From: a virus
Virus record (IMG/VR): IMGVR_UViG_3300002307_000046
DNA: 64,000 nucleotides
Direction: 5' to 3' (one strand)
Shown here: positions 41,338-53,979 of the stretch, piece by piece
Layout of the letters: every line of letters starts with the position of its first letter
Position numbering within the stretch: the first letter of the stretch is position 1
Program-made: the position numbers and the translations under genes
The notes under the pieces: model-generated
The model's database searches: none
What the model was told of the DNA's origin: nothing
What the model saw: the letters and a program-made list of their open reading frames with translations, nothing else

Positions 41338-43259
41338 TAATACAAGCATACTAGCACTAAATGAGTGAATTACTTTGGGATTGGGTGAGAAATGAATGAC
41401 TTCACGAAAGAAGAGCTTAAAGATATTCATTATGCTTTAACAGAGTATGGTAATTTTGAATCCGCGCCCGTAGAAACGTTGGGTGAAAAAATCCAATCTA
41501 TGATTGATAATTATTGTGACAAGGATGGTTGGGTTCATAGGCAAAAGCCTGTAGAAGATAATGGAAAATGGTATGGTAATCCATGGCCAGCAGCAAGTAG
41601 CGTGTTATTTGAAGATGTTAACGGCGTGCAATGCCTGGCTAAAAAGGTTAGCAAAACAGACTATGAATTCCCTTTGAATCATAAGATTGATGTCTATAGA
41701 TTGTGTAAGTATAAAGAGATTGAGGAAAAAGATGAATGATTTCACGAAGGAAGAGCTGAAAGTAATAATGGAAATGTATAAAAACGGAATACCTGGAACG
41801 TATATAGAAGGGATGGGGCATCTTATTATTAAAATCCAATCTATGATTGATAACTATTGTGAGCATGAAAGCGACGGATACACTTATTACAAATCCGGTG
41901 ATAGATGTACTGATTTTCTTGTGTACGCATGTAGTAACAGTCCGTGTTTATTGAAGTGCAAGAAATGCGGTGAATTGTTTGATGATGGAAGGCCTTGATG
42001 ATAATCAGCGAAAAACAATTATTGTTTCTGATAGCGATTCTCAGGGATACATTAGGCGTCATAGAAATAGACAAAGCGTTTTCAATATCAAGAGAAAATA
42101 GGCGCGCGTTATATCAAGATATTGTAAATCAACAATCCGAAGAATCGCGAGAGATTAATGACCAATGATGATTTAAATTCCCTCATTTGGCCAGCCATAC
42201 GATACGCATTAGGCCGCAAAACTTATGTTGTAGATACAGTTTGCAGAGCGGCGATTAATAATTCACAGAATATACGCGAAGATATTAGATATAGAATCGG
42301 TGAAGAGATTGCTAAAGCTATTAACAAAGGTGAAGCAGGAATGGATTGTGATGTGAAGAGATGGAACGATGTATTGGAGGCTTTTGCGAAGGTGATAGAA
42401 TGAAATGGTACTCAGTTAAGAAGTATAGGCCTATGAACGGGATTTATTTAGTTTTAATGGGTAATGGAGATATATATCACGCCAAAAGTGTAGGATACAA
42501 GCATGGTAAAGAGTTTAATTGTTGGGAAACGGTTGAAGATGAATTGTCTATCGATGATGGTATTACCCACTTTTGTATGATAGACCCAGTTGAGATTGAA
42601 GAATGAAATGGTACTCAGTTAAGAAGTATAGGCCAATGTCGTATTGTGAATGTTTTGTATTGTTTTCTAATGGAGGCTATTCGATTTCCACTTTTGATGG
42701 ACGGGTTTGGCTAAATGAGTTAGGAACTGAAAGTTATAAAAATATAACTCACTTCTGTGTTCCAGACCCAGTTGAGATTGAAGAATGACTAACGAACAAA
42801 AGTTAATAGATAAATGTAATTTGATGGCACTTATTATTGGAGAGTTGCACATGGCATTGATTATGCAATACGAAAAAGCTCCAAATAAAGCGTTAGAGGA
42901 AAGACTTGTTGTTTACAAAGAGACAATTGAGAAAGTTTTTTACGGGATTGAAGAATGACTAAATGGATTAAATGTAGTGAGCACGTTCCTGTTAATACTG
43001 ACCATTTAATAACAGATGGCCTCGATGTTCTAGTGGGTTTTTTTGATTCGTACCATGTATGGCGATTTTCCAATCAAGATGTTTGTGATGAGCAGGATTT
43101 TATTGTGACGCATTATATGGAATTTCCAGAGCCACCACATGACTAATTTCCTCCACGTCTGGTATGAAATATGCGGATTTATTGTTATTACTATTTCTAC
43201 TTTGACTATTTTATTTATCTTTGTTGGTTTTCTACTGGCATTTGTGTTGGATGTGTTAA

Positions 43260-43475
43260 ATGACTAATACCGAACTCAAACAAATACGCCTCTCGATGGG
43301 TTTAAAACAATCAGAACTAGCCAAACTATTGCATGTTCACGAGATGACGATAAGTAGATGGGAAAGAGGTAAGGCAAGGATTCCGGGGGAGATGGGGGAA
43401 TTGTTGGGGTATAAATGGCGAGAGTTTGGGTTACAATATATTGATGGATTGTTTAAACCTCTTACCGAGTTATAA
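43260..43475 (+). CDS. XRE HTH, copy 2
   Basis: Identical to 3909-4124. Confidence 0.88.
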   Translation: MTNTELKQIRLSMGLKQSELAKLLHVHEMTISRWERGKARIPGEMGELLGYKWREFGLQYIDGLFKPLTEL

Positions 43476-43511
43476 AGCCTGATTATGTATAAGCACGTTT
43501 AAGGAGTTAAA

Positions 43512-43718
43512 ATGACAGATACATTTAGAAAGCAGTATAAAACTTTAAGTCCGTACAATAATGATTTAATTATACAGGTCAAAGATAAAGCGGAGGAGCT
43601 GGAAAGAATCATGTTAGAGATTAAAAGTAGAGAAATGTCTTTGGCATTAACCAACCTTGAGCAGGCAATTATGTGGTGTACAAAAGCTATGGTATTGCAT
43701 GATGAAAAGCAGAATTAA
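43512..43718 (+). CDS. acb2: Acb2-family sponge, copy 2
   Basis: Identical to 4161-4367. Confidence 0.8.
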   Translation: MTDTFRKQYKTLSPYNNDLIIQVKDKAEELERIMLEIKSREMSLALTNLEQAIMWCTKAMVLHDEKQN

Positions 43719-43915
43719 GACAATCTCAGGCGGACAGTGACGCCGAGCCCGAGCAGGATGCTGGTTAATAGTGCATTATGGCCAGCTTAGAGCAATCGCG
43801 CTTGCACATATCTAGAATGGCGCTTGTGTTTAACGCTCTTGTAGATGTGAGAGTCTATAAAGAGGACGTAGGGTTGCTAAACTCATACCTGGTGCAATTC
43901 CAGGAGATTGTCGCC
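43719..43915 (+). ncRNA. tRNA-like RNA, copy 2
   Basis: Identical to 4368-4564. Confidence 0.65.
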
Positions 43916-43921
43916 TATTGT

Positions 43922-43992
43922 TGGGCTATGGTGAAATGGTATCACAGCAGGTTTTGATCCTGTCGTTTCCCGTTCAAATCGGGATAGCCCTG
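43922..43992 (+). tRNA. trnQ: tRNA-Gln(TTG), copy 2
   Basis: Identical to 4571-4641. Confidence 0.92.
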
Positions 43993-44564
43993 ATCATTAT
44001 GTCCTCGGCGTGTGTTATGGCCATGTGATTATCACGATAGCCCCCTCGAGGACGCCAGATTAAGGAAGAATATATTGAAAGAGAAAACTAAGACTTTATT
44101 AGATGTTTTAAAAGAAAAAGTTCCTGACTTGATTTACGACGAGTATACACTGGTTATAGGACAAGAGTTTATAACCTCACGCCCTCAGGACTGAATGGAA
44201 TTTGTTATGGTAACAGTCGGCGCTCAAACAGCAGGAAGTGGACTTCCAAACTTTGTATGCCTAGATGATGAGGAAACTGCACTTGCTTTTAAAATAATCG
44301 CAAACGAAGAGGCCAATTTATTTGTTATGGGGCATCCATCCCGAACAGACTTTAAGATATGGCAGTTAAAAGTTATTAAAAACATTAATGATGAGGCGAT
44401 TTTTGTAGGAGGAGAGAACTTTAGAGAATTCTGTGATGCAAAGAATTTATTTTATCGCTCTTCATTAAATGAAAAGGGTCAATTACTGTCATGCTCGGAT
44501 TGCGTGTATTTAAAAAAAGATGGAGAAGATTGCCGGAAACCTTTGTCTATGGAAGATATTAAAA

Positions 44565-45317
44565 ATGGTTTACATCAGTAAAAAGATTTGCACATATCCA
44601 GGCTGTGGTCGTCCTCATAACTCTAAAGGGTATTGTTCTGGTCATCGAGCAATGCAATTAAAAGGAAAAGAATTACGACCTTTACTAGTTCGTGATGACT
44701 ATCACAAAAATAAGTCTACTATTTGTTCTATAGAAGGATGTGAACGAAAAATCAAGTCCAAAGGATATTGCAGCTCTCACTACAATCGTATTGTATGGCA
44801 TGGACTTGATTCTAAATTAGGCACGCGCAGTATAATTTACCCCGAAATTTGCATTTATGTTGATTGTTCTTTAAAACCAAAAGCCAAAGGAATGTGCTTA
44901 AAACATTACCAATTATCTAGATATATCCCAAAGCCAAAAAAGGCTAAGATTAGATATTGCACGGCTGAAGGGTGCCAAGAACATCATGTTGCTAAAGGAT
45001 TTTGCGAACGTCATTATAATATTAGTAGATATATCCCAAAGCCAAAAATCGTTAAAGCATACAAACCTAAAAAAATATGCGATATAGACGATTGCGACAA
45101 TCCTGTAAAATGTCATGGATGGTGCTCTATGCATTATTCTAGATGGCTCCGTCATGGTGACCCATTGGTTAATTATGCAAACAACCACAAGCGCACATCT
45201 TACATGATTAATAAGTCACCAATAAGTTTTACAAACACATATGAAGAAGGGATGATAATGAGTGAATTTTTTGAAGAAATGACAGGAACAGAAAATTATC
45301 TAGAAAGATGTGAATAG
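44565..45317 (+). CDS. Five-repeat Cys/His protein, copy 2
   Basis: Identical to 5214-5966. Confidence 0.8.
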   Translation: MVYISKKICTYPGCGRPHNSKGYCSGHRAMQLKGKELRPLLVRDDYHKNKSTICSIEGCERKIKSKGYCSSHYNRIVWHGLDSKLGTRSIIYPEICIYVDCSLKPKAKGMCLKHYQLSRYIPKPKKAKIRYCTAEGCQEHHVAKGFCERHYNISRYIPKPKIVKAYKPKKICDIDDCDNPVKCHGWCSMHYSRWLRHGDPLVNYANNHKRTSYMINKSPISFTNTYEEGMIMSEFFEEMTGTENYLERCE

Positions 45318-45389
45318 TTATTAATTTAGATTTAAAATTAAGGAAGATATGAATCAAGAAGAACAACATGCACGTCTAATATCAGAGCT

Positions 45390-45992
45390 TCAGTCGTCTT
45401 TCTTTCTTAATTGACGGGGTTTGTATGGATTTATTTTTCTAGCTTCCTCTGTAATTGAAGCCCAAGTTTCACCAATTTTAATCTGTCGTATTACTCCACT
45501 ACAAACGCCATAAATAGAAGCTAAATCTTTCAGAGATTCTTTGCTTAACACGATTTCTAATGCTTGGTTGCGATTAAGTTTTGCTCCAGGCCTTTTTTCT
45601 AATAAAGGAAATGTTCCATGAGCTTTTGCGTCTTTAATATTATCTGATTTAGTCCCATAGCAAATATTTTCTAGTCTATTGTCTTTTGAGTTACCATTGA
45701 TATGTCTAACTTCAATTCCTTTTGTTTGTGGACCTATAAATGCCCATGCAACAGCTCTATGAATATAGACATATTTTATTTTGCTATTTCTGCTCAAACT
45801 TACTCGCCAGTATCCTTTTCCATCTTCCATTAATCTTGGATTTAATATTTTTTCACGAATCACATAAGATTTTGGCAACCATCCTTCCGGCCTTTTCTCA
45901 TTAATTATTCTTTCCTCACTTTTGATGCGCCCTAGATTTGATACACTATAATAATTCTCCCATCCTGGTATTGGTTTCCATATTTCTTCCAT
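45390..45992 (-). mobile_element. NUMOD4-HNH homing endonuclease, copy 2
   Basis: Identical to 6039-6641. Confidence 0.92.
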
Positions 45993-46051
45993 GACAAATC
46001 CTTGTTATTAAGATATAATCATCTTATCATTGAACTTAGTCATAAGCCAGA

Positions 46052-47590
46052 ATGGATATCGATCAATTACGCATGAATTTATGTTCGGATTTTCTTTTGT
46101 TTACGCGCGTGTTCTTTAAGATAATCACAGGCCGTGAGTTTTATATATCCAATCCTCTTGGGAGGGAGTCTCACTTCGTGACTGTTGCTCGTGAATTAAC
46201 TCTTTGCAAAGATCTAAAAACAATCAACCTGATTATTAATATGCCCCCAGGCTACGCCAAATCAACATTACTTTCTTATTGGACGGCTTGGACGCTAGCT
46301 ATGTATCCAGATAGTCAGTACTTGTATATTAGTTATGGTGTAGATTTAGCGGCCAAGCATACTGAAATGATTAAGCGAATAGTGAGCTGCAAAGAATACA
46401 AAGAGTTATTTGGCGTAGAGATAAGAACGGATTCAAAAGCTAAGGACCATTTTAGAACTACGAGTGGCGGTAGTATCAAGGCATTCGGTTCGTCAGGGGG
46501 TATTGTTGGTCAAGATGGAGGGCTTCCAAATGAAAATAGATTTACGGGAGCCGTCATTTGCGATGATTTACATAAAATAGACGAAGCTCATTCGGCAACC
46601 ATGAGAAATAGAATTATAGAAAATTATAGGGAAACTATAACACAAAGGCCTCGTTCTCCGTTGGTTCCTTTGATTTGCGTAGGTCAACGTGTCCATGAAG
46701 ATGATATTATTAATTTCATGTTATCGGGCAATGATACTAGAAAATGGAAAACAGTTATCCTTAAAGCTATCGATGATGCCGGTAATGCATTATATCCAGA
46801 GGTGAATTCACTTGCCCAGCTTCGAGAAATGCAAGAGAAAAGTCCGTATGTATTTTCAAGTCAATTCCAGCAAAATCCTATTCCAGCGGGAGGTTCAATA
46901 TTTAAACCTGATTGGTTTGTTACCTTAGATTTTGAGCCCGAAATCCTAATGACCTTTATAACAGCCGACACTGCAGAGACAAACAAGTCCTACAATGATG
47001 CTACTGTATTTTGCTTTTGGGGTCTGTACGAAATTGAAACGATGGGGCGAAAAACTGGAGAATTTGGTCTTCATTGGTTAGATTGTATGGAAATCAGAAT
47101 TGAACCAAAAGATTTGAAAGACAATTTTTTAGATTTCTGGCAGGATTGTATGAGGCACAAAATCCCACCATTAATGGCAGCCATTGAAAAGAAAAGCACT
47201 GGAACGACATTAGTATCCGTGCTTCAAGAGTTGCGAGGCATCCAAATTAGAGGAATTGAGCGTAATAGAGCAAGTGGAAGCAAAACACAAAGGCTTCTAG
47301 AATGCCAACCCTATGTCGCTTCTAAACGAATTTCTTTTACTGAAGGTGCTAAACATAAAGAAATGTGCATTGAACATATGTTAAAGTTAACGTCAAATGA
47401 ATCACATCGACATGACGATATTGGCGACTGCCTTGCAGATGCAATAAAAATTGCTTTAATTGATAAAACTCTCACGTATAATACTAAACAAGACGCGCAA
47501 AAAGCTGCTACTATAATGCAATCACGGAAATTTGCCTTGGACGCTAAAAAGGGATTTTTATATGGCAGTCAAACAGACGGCTATCGATAG
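46052..47590 (+). CDS. terL: Terminase large subunit, copy 2
   Basis: Identical to 6701-8239. Confidence 0.96.
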   Translation: MDIDQLRMNLCSDFLLFTRVFFKIITGREFYISNPLGRESHFVTVARELTLCKDLKTINLIINMPPGYAKSTLLSYWTAWTLAMYPDSQYLYISYGVDLAAKHTEMIKRIVSCKEYKELFGVEIRTDSKAKDHFRTTSGGSIKAFGSSGGIVGQDGGLPNENRFTGAVICDDLHKIDEAHSATMRNRIIENYRETITQRPRSPLVPLICVGQRVHEDDIINFMLSGNDTRKWKTVILKAIDDAGNALYPEVNSLAQLREMQEKSPYVFSSQFQQNPIPAGGSIFKPDWFVTLDFEPEILMTFITADTAETNKSYNDATVFCFWGLYEIETMGRKTGEFGLHWLDCMEIRIEPKDLKDNFLDFWQDCMRHKIPPLMAAIEKKSTGTTLVSVLQELRGIQIRGIERNRASGSKTQRLLECQPYVASKRISFTEGAKHKEMCIEHMLKLTSNESHRHDDIGDCLADAIKIALIDKTLTYNTKQDAQKAATIMQSRKFALDAKKGFLYGSQTDGYR

Positions 47591-49784
47591 CCTAGAAAGA
47601 GTTAAAAAGAACGTATCAAAATCTTACATGTATTTCAAAGACAATTATGATAGATATCATGATTATCGAAAATACGTATTTAAAGAAACTATCAATCAAC
47701 AACAACGAGCCATGCTACAAAGGCTCCATAGACCCATTATAGAGTTCAATATTCTTGATGCGTATATTTCTAGGCTATTAGGTGAGTTCTCTAAGCATGA
47801 GCCATCTATTGAGGTTTCACCGGCAGAAGGCGTGCCAGTTGACCAGGCGGTTCTAGATATTGTTGAAGGTCATTTACGCCATATTCTTCACACAGCCAAT
47901 AAAGATAATTTTTCATACAATGTATATCAAGATATTTTATCTGGTGGATTTTCTGTTGCTAAGGTTTGGACTGACTATGCTAGTCCAATGAGTTTTGACC
48001 AGCAAATCTATTTGTCTCGAGCGTTTGACCCGACATTATGTGGATTTGACCCTATGGCGAGGGCTCGTCACAAGGGTGATGGTCAGTATAGTTTTGAAAT
48101 TTACCCAATGACAGAAGAGGATTTCTTAAAAGAGTTTCCTCATGTTGATATATCAAAGCTTTCATTTACGCGGGCATTGAATGATGCTGGTTATTTAGAC
48201 AGTTTTAATTGGTCATACAAAGACAATCAAAACAATAAAATTGTTCTTGTGGCTGATTATTATGAAAAGAAAAAGAAAAAGACAAAGATTGTGAAGCTTG
48301 CAGATGGTCGTGTAATGACCATGAAGAATTATGAGAAGATGCAGGCGTACTGGGAGCAAGAGCAATTTATAGAGCAAATCCCAGTTATTGTAGGTGAGCC
48401 AAGATGGACGGAATTGGAGACGGTTTGTTGTTATAAACTAATTGAGCATGAAGTTCTGGAGTATACGGAAACTGACTATACTTATTTGCCCCATATTTTT
48501 GTTGATGGGAATTCCATTGACTTGACAATTGGCAATACTAATACCACTTATCAAATGACAAAGCCCTATGTTTATCATGCAAAGGGTGTTCAAGATTTAA
48601 AGAACTTTGCGGGTATAGCGCTGGCTAATTATCTTGAAAACATGATTCAGCACAAGTTTATTATCAAGAAAGAAGCGATACCGCAAGAGCAAGATTATGT
48701 TGAGGCCTTGAATGACATACAACAAGCTAATACTGTTGTTGTTAATGCTTTTAGTGAGAATAATCCTGAGTTGGCTATTCCCGATCCAATACGAGAAGTT
48801 CAAAATTTACCAGCCCCCCCCGAGGTTATGGGTGCATTCCAAATTACAGATCCGACCACGCAAACAATCTTAGGAAGTTTTGCTAGTAATCTGGGTAAGA
48901 ATGATAATGACTTATCAGGCAAGGCTGTTATTGAATCAGCTACAGTTGGTAATGCTGCCTCTATGCCTTATATAGTGGGCTATCTGTCAGCACTAACGCA
49001 AATTGGTAACATTGTTGTTGACTTGATGCCCAAGTACATTGTTGGTAAAAGAACCATACCGGTTGTTGCAAAAGATGGCAAAAAGAGTTATCGTGGTGTT
49101 AATACTCAAGGTAATCCAAAGTTAGATTATCAAGAGCGTGCTATAAAGGTTAACATTGATGCAGGCGTGAACTTTCAAGTTCAGAAAACACAAGCTATGG
49201 AGCAGATTGTTGCGTTGATGGGGGCGAGCCAAGAGTTCAGTCAGTTCATGAATTCTCCTCAAGGATTGGAGATATTAGTCGACAATCTAACGGTGTATGG
49301 TAGTGATAGGTTGAAGGAAGCGGTACCGCAATGGATTGCATCTCAACAACAGCAACAACAGCAAGCAATGGCCATGCAGCAACAAGCCATGCAAAGTGAC
49401 CCTCGTATGCTTAAAGCCAAGACTGAAATGCAAAAAGTTCAGTTAGAAGCACAGCAACAGCAGCTCGATCAACAACAACAACAAATTGAAAATCAATTCG
49501 AAATAGCTAAATTATCTACGGAAAAGATTCTGGCAGATGCTAAGCTCATGGAGTCTGAGGCCAAAATAACACAATCACAAATTGATTCAGCAGTACGTTT
49601 AGAGGAGTCGCAAACCAGCCTTGAACGTCATGCCTTGGATGCGGCAGCTAAAATGGCTGAGGTGAAAGGCCGTGAGCATGAAATGCATATTAAGACCCAT
49701 ACTGCGATGTTGAATGAAGAAAAGTTAAAACATGAGATAAGGAGTTCTCAGCATGACGAAACCAAAGTACGAGATAACGATTAA
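47562..49784 (+). CDS. Portal, copy 2
   Basis: Identical to 8211-10433. Confidence 0.92.
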   Translation: MAVKQTAIDSLERVKKNVSKSYMYFKDNYDRYHDYRKYVFKETINQQQRAMLQRLHRPIIEFNILDAYISRLLGEFSKHEPSIEVSPAEGVPVDQAVLDIVEGHLRHILHTANKDNFSYNVYQDILSGGFSVAKVWTDYASPMSFDQQIYLSRAFDPTLCGFDPMARARHKGDGQYSFEIYPMTEEDFLKEFPHVDISKLSFTRALNDAGYLDSFNWSYKDNQNNKIVLVADYYEKKKKKTKIVKLADGRVMTMKNYEKMQAYWEQEQFIEQIPVIVGEPRWTELETVCCYKLIEHEVLEYTETDYTYLPHIFVDGNSIDLTIGNTNTTYQMTKPYVYHAKGVQDLKNFAGIALANYLENMIQHKFIIKKEAIPQEQDYVEALNDIQQANTVVVNAFSENNPELAIPDPIREVQNLPAPPEVMGAFQITDPTTQTILGSFASNLGKNDNDLSGKAVIESATVGNAASMPYIVGYLSALTQIGNIVVDLMPKYIVGKRTIPVVAKDGKKSYRGVNTQGNPKLDYQERAIKVNIDAGVNFQVQKTQAMEQIVALMGASQEFSQFMNSPQGLEILVDNLTVYGSDRLKEAVPQWIASQQQQQQQAMAMQQQAMQSDPRMLKAKTEMQKVQLEAQQQQLDQQQQQIENQFEIAKLSTEKILADAKLMESEAKITQSQIDSAVRLEESQTSLERHALDAAAKMAEVKGREHEMHIKTHTAMLNEEKLKHEIRSSQHDETKVRDND

Positions 49785-51005
49785 CATGTTAGATACGCCA
49801 GGTGAAGTAAGAAAACTTGAGCGAGATGGTCACAATAGACATACGATTCATGAAGCTTTGTTTAAGCATACTAGAGATGCAACGAATCAAGAGCGTACAA
49901 AAATGTTTGAAAAATTCTATGATAGACGAGACTAGAGTGTATGAAAGGCTTATGCGCTCCTTGGTATGGTTACGAAGATGGAGAAGAAGTATGGCAAATT
50001 GGATCGCCAAAGCAGTCGGAAAAAACCCAGGGAAATTGCATCGAGAACTCGGAGTCAAAGCCGGTGAAAAAATACCAGCAAAAAAATTGGCCAACGCAGC
50101 AAAGAGTAAGTCACCAACTATTAGGAAAGAAGTAGTTTTAGCCAAAACTCTTAAAAGTCTTAAGAAGAAATAAGGGGAATTAAATGTCATTTGTATTAGA
50201 TTTCATTACAAAAAAAGCGTTATCAGTGCTAGAAGAAGAGTTAATTGCTCATGAACCAGCGATGCAAGCAGTGATTTTGGCTGAGTTACAATCAATAGGC
50301 TCAAGCTTTTTGACAAGCATTGAAGAGAAAATAGCTTCACTAGAGGCTAAAGCTAAAGCAGGTTAAGGGGTATAATGTGGCCAAGGAAGGTAAAACCAAA
50401 AAGATATTTTTATCTTTCAATCCTGGAAAGAAACCACCTCAACATGTCAATTATGATTTATTAGATGCGCAGTTAAGAAACAAGTTACCTAATGAATTTC
50501 GTAATACATGTTTGCCTGATTGTAATTCCTACAATAGGTATTTTGGTGATTCATATTGTGGATTGTATTCTGATGAAGGGAGATAGGGATGCCATTAGCT
50601 AAAGGTAAAAATAATAAAATTATAAGTAAAAACATTAAAGAGCTAGAGTCAACGGGAAAATACCCGCATCGACAAGCAATAGCAATTGCTTTATCTGAAG
50701 CGGGTAAATCTAAACCTAAAAAGAAGAGGAAATAATCATGGCAAAGGAAATGCGTTCAAAGAAAGAAGTTAAAAAACCGAAGAAAGAAAAGCATATGGAT
50801 GTAAAGCAAGATATGAAGATGATTAAATCTAAGGTAAAAGCTAAATGCATGAAGTAATTGTTTCACCAGAAACATATTGTTAACAAATAATGAACATTGT
50901 ATGATATAAGCATCACGTAGCCAAACGATAACCTGGCCGAGTCTTTGCGCGTAAGCATTGTTTTATCACGGTGACACCGATTAAACGTCAGATTGAAGGA
51001 ATAAG

Positions 51006-51746
51006 ATGACAGAACAAGATTTAGAGATTGTAAATCAGGAAGTAGAAGCTCCTGCTGAAGAAGCTCAAAATGCGGAACCGGAAAATGATGCTGGCCCTTT
51101 GTCGAGAGACATTGTGTCAAAGATAGTTGACAGGGAACGTAAGAAGGCTTTTGAAAAAGGAAAACAGGAGGCATTAATGGAATTACAGCAACAGCAAGGT
51201 CAACAGGCGCCACAAGAGCAAGCACCTGCTCAGGTACAGCAGGGTCAAACTTCTTTAGGTGGAATGCAGCAATTTGCTCCTGGTGAGCTTGATAAGATGT
51301 TAGCTGAGCGCGTGCCTCAAATTCTACAAGATCATGTTCAGAAGTTTAAGCAAGAGCAGATGGTTGAATCATTTGCATCTAAGATGAAAGCTGCTGAAGA
51401 TAAGTATCCTGGTTTAGAAGCCGAGTTGAATAGTCTTAATTACAACGATCCCAGAATGATTCGATTCATTGAGATGGCAAACACAGTGGATAATACCGGA
51501 GATATAATGAAAGAGGTCTTGGACCATCCGGCGAAGCTCACAGAGCTTTTATCTAATGTTGCTGACCAGCCCTATATTGCACAAAAGCAGTTAATGAAAT
51601 TGAGTCAATCTATTAAGACCAATCAACAGGCTTTGGCTGAAGAAGCACAGGCTCGAGATCCAATGTCACAACTTAAACCTTCGCAAAATGCCGGAATGGA
51701 TAACGGTGCGGCGTCGGTGGCTGACTTTAGAAAAATGTTTAGATAG
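51006..51746 (+). CDS. Scaffold, copy 2
   Basis: Identical to 11655-12395. Confidence 0.8.
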   Translation: MTEQDLEIVNQEVEAPAEEAQNAEPENDAGPLSRDIVSKIVDRERKKAFEKGKQEALMELQQQQGQQAPQEQAPAQVQQGQTSLGGMQQFAPGELDKMLAERVPQILQDHVQKFKQEQMVESFASKMKAAEDKYPGLEAELNSLNYNDPRMIRFIEMANTVDNTGDIMKEVLDHPAKLTELLSNVADQPYIAQKQLMKLSQSIKTNQQALAEEAQARDPMSQLKPSQNAGMDNGAASVADFRKMFR

Positions 51747-51798
51747 ACCACTAACGTAGTATTGCCCATTCCGAAACTTACATTTTCGGAGCGATAAA

Positions 51799-53124
51799 AT
51801 GGCTACTACACCAGTTAATATTTTACAAACAGTACAAACTTATCAAAAAGCTGAGCTTGCTTGGTTATTAAACTCATTTGTTGGTATTTCAATGTCCAAC
51901 AAAAAGTTCAAAGATTTTAACGACCTTACTGCTAACTTAGGTGATACAGTAACGTTTGATACTACGCCACGTTATATTTCTTACGCTGGTTTGGTTATTA
52001 CCGAGCAACCATCTGTACAACGTGTACAGTCATTAATTTGTTCACAAGCTGCAAACGTTTCTGCTGCATACACAGACCAACAATTCATATTTAACGTACG
52101 TGAGTACATGGATAGATTTGGTATGGCTGCAATGAAAGAGTTAGGTACATTGATTGAATCAGATATTTTAAAGAACTTTGTATCTGGCGTAACAATTAAT
52201 AATCCACAAGATTCTAATTTTGGCAGTTTGCAATATCAATCTGGTCCTTTCCGTTTTTATGGTGACGGTGTTACACCAATTAATAGCTTTACGCAATTAG
52301 CGCAATCAGTTGCTAACTTTGAAGATTTCGGTGCTGCCACTCATAAAATGATGGCTATATTACCTGTTGCTAACATTCCTGCAATTGTTGGAACTGGTTT
52401 GAACCAATTTGCAATGAATCGTAACAATGAAACAGCAATGTCATGGGAATTAGGACGTTTTGCGAATACTGATTGGTATGAGTCTAACTTATTACCAACT
52501 CATGTATCTGGAGCAATTGCAAATGCTGCTGCGCCAAATAATGTGATGACAGTTGTAAGTGTTAACGATCCAACAGGTGTTAACGTTACAAGCATCACGT
52601 TCACAGAGCCAACCAACAGTACAAATCCTAATGCTGTATTAGCTGGTGATTTGTTCCAGTTTAATGATGGTGTTTCTGGCCAGCCAAACATGAGATTCTT
52701 GACCTTTATTGGCCATCAAGTTTGTCAACAACCTGTTCAATTCCGTGCGATTGCTAATGCTGGCACTGTGGGCGGTTCTGTTACAGTTCAATTACAAACA
52801 ATTAATAGCGTCGGTTTAGTTTGGGCTCAAAATCAAAATCAAAACATTAACAACACGATTGTCGCTGGAATGACAGTAACACCTATTCCTTCTCATCGTG
52901 CTGGTATTTTGATGTCTGGTGATCAGTTCTATTTGGCAATGCCAAGACTACCTGATGAATCTCCTTTCACCACTGTTAACATGACCGACCCTGATTCAGG
53001 CGCATCTATACGCCACTACTACGGAAGTCAGTTCGGTCTAAACAATCGCGCTTACGTGAGAGATGCAATATGGGGAAGTAGTATGGTGGCTGAGAACTGC
53101 TTGCGATATATTTTTCCCATGTAA
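51799..53124 (+). CDS. Major capsid protein, copy 2
   Basis: Identical to 12448-13773. Confidence 0.88.
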   Translation: MATTPVNILQTVQTYQKAELAWLLNSFVGISMSNKKFKDFNDLTANLGDTVTFDTTPRYISYAGLVITEQPSVQRVQSLICSQAANVSAAYTDQQFIFNVREYMDRFGMAAMKELGTLIESDILKNFVSGVTINNPQDSNFGSLQYQSGPFRFYGDGVTPINSFTQLAQSVANFEDFGAATHKMMAILPVANIPAIVGTGLNQFAMNRNNETAMSWELGRFANTDWYESNLLPTHVSGAIANAAAPNNVMTVVSVNDPTGVNVTSITFTEPTNSTNPNAVLAGDLFQFNDGVSGQPNMRFLTFIGHQVCQQPVQFRAIANAGTVGGSVTVQLQTINSVGLVWAQNQNQNINNTIVAGMTVTPIPSHRAGILMSGDQFYLAMPRLPDESPFTTVNMTDPDSGASIRHYYGSQFGLNNRAYVRDAIWGSSMVAENCLRYIFPM

Positions 53125-53177
53125 CTATATTTAGGGCACATTTATTGTGCCCCTTCTCAACTTAAAAGGAATTTATC

Positions 53178-53960
53178 ATGAGTGAAATTCAAACTGGAAC
53201 ATCAAAACAATATGGCCAAGTACCATTTTTCTACATTAACGGTCTTGGATTGAGTAATGATGCAACCACACCAAACAGCATTATTGATGTAAGCGTTGGA
53301 ACATGTCTTGATTCAACATTGACATATCAAATGCAATTAACAAGTGCCGCTACTGTAAGCAGTGCGTTTACTGGTTTAGGTGGATTAGATACCGGAACTG
53401 TAGCAGCAAGCACTGTTTATGCTGTTTACTTAGTAAGTGACCCTGTTGATGCAAATCTTCCTGGATGTATTCTTTCTACATCATTAACTGGACCTTTGAT
53501 GCCTTTTGGTTATAGTGCTTGGGCATTAATTGGTTATGTAGTTACTGACGCTAGCTCGCACTTCTTAAAGGGATACTGGTCAGCAGGCGATAGCGCTCGT
53601 CGCACATTCATGTATGACACTCCACAAGCAACATCAGTAACAGCAGGCCATGGAACAACGGCGACAGCTGTAAGTCTAGCTGCTTTTGTTCCAGGTGGTT
53701 CAAAACGTTTAGTGTATATCAATACATCATATACACCTGCTACTGCTGGTAATACATTGAAATTACAACCTGCAAGCGGAACTGGGTATCCAGTTGTTGT
53801 GACAGGCCCAGTAACTAGTGGCGTTTTTACTTCCACCAGTTACTTGTTTGATGATATTAATACTGGTATCACAGGAAGCCCTCCAGAAATCAATTATATC
53901 CTTGCAAGTGGTAGCGATGCCGTTGCAATTAACGTTCAAGGATATGATTTCAACCTATAA
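53178..53960 (+). CDS. Putative decoration protein, copy 2
   Basis: Identical to 13827-14609. Confidence 0.55.
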   Translation: MSEIQTGTSKQYGQVPFFYINGLGLSNDATTPNSIIDVSVGTCLDSTLTYQMQLTSAATVSSAFTGLGGLDTGTVAASTVYAVYLVSDPVDANLPGCILSTSLTGPLMPFGYSAWALIGYVVTDASSHFLKGYWSAGDSARRTFMYDTPQATSVTAGHGTTATAVSLAAFVPGGSKRLVYINTSYTPATAGNTLKLQPASGTGYPVVVTGPVTSGVFTSTSYLFDDINTGITGSPPEINYILASGSDAVAINVQGYDFNL

Positions 53961-53979
53961 TAACAAGGAGTAAACCAGG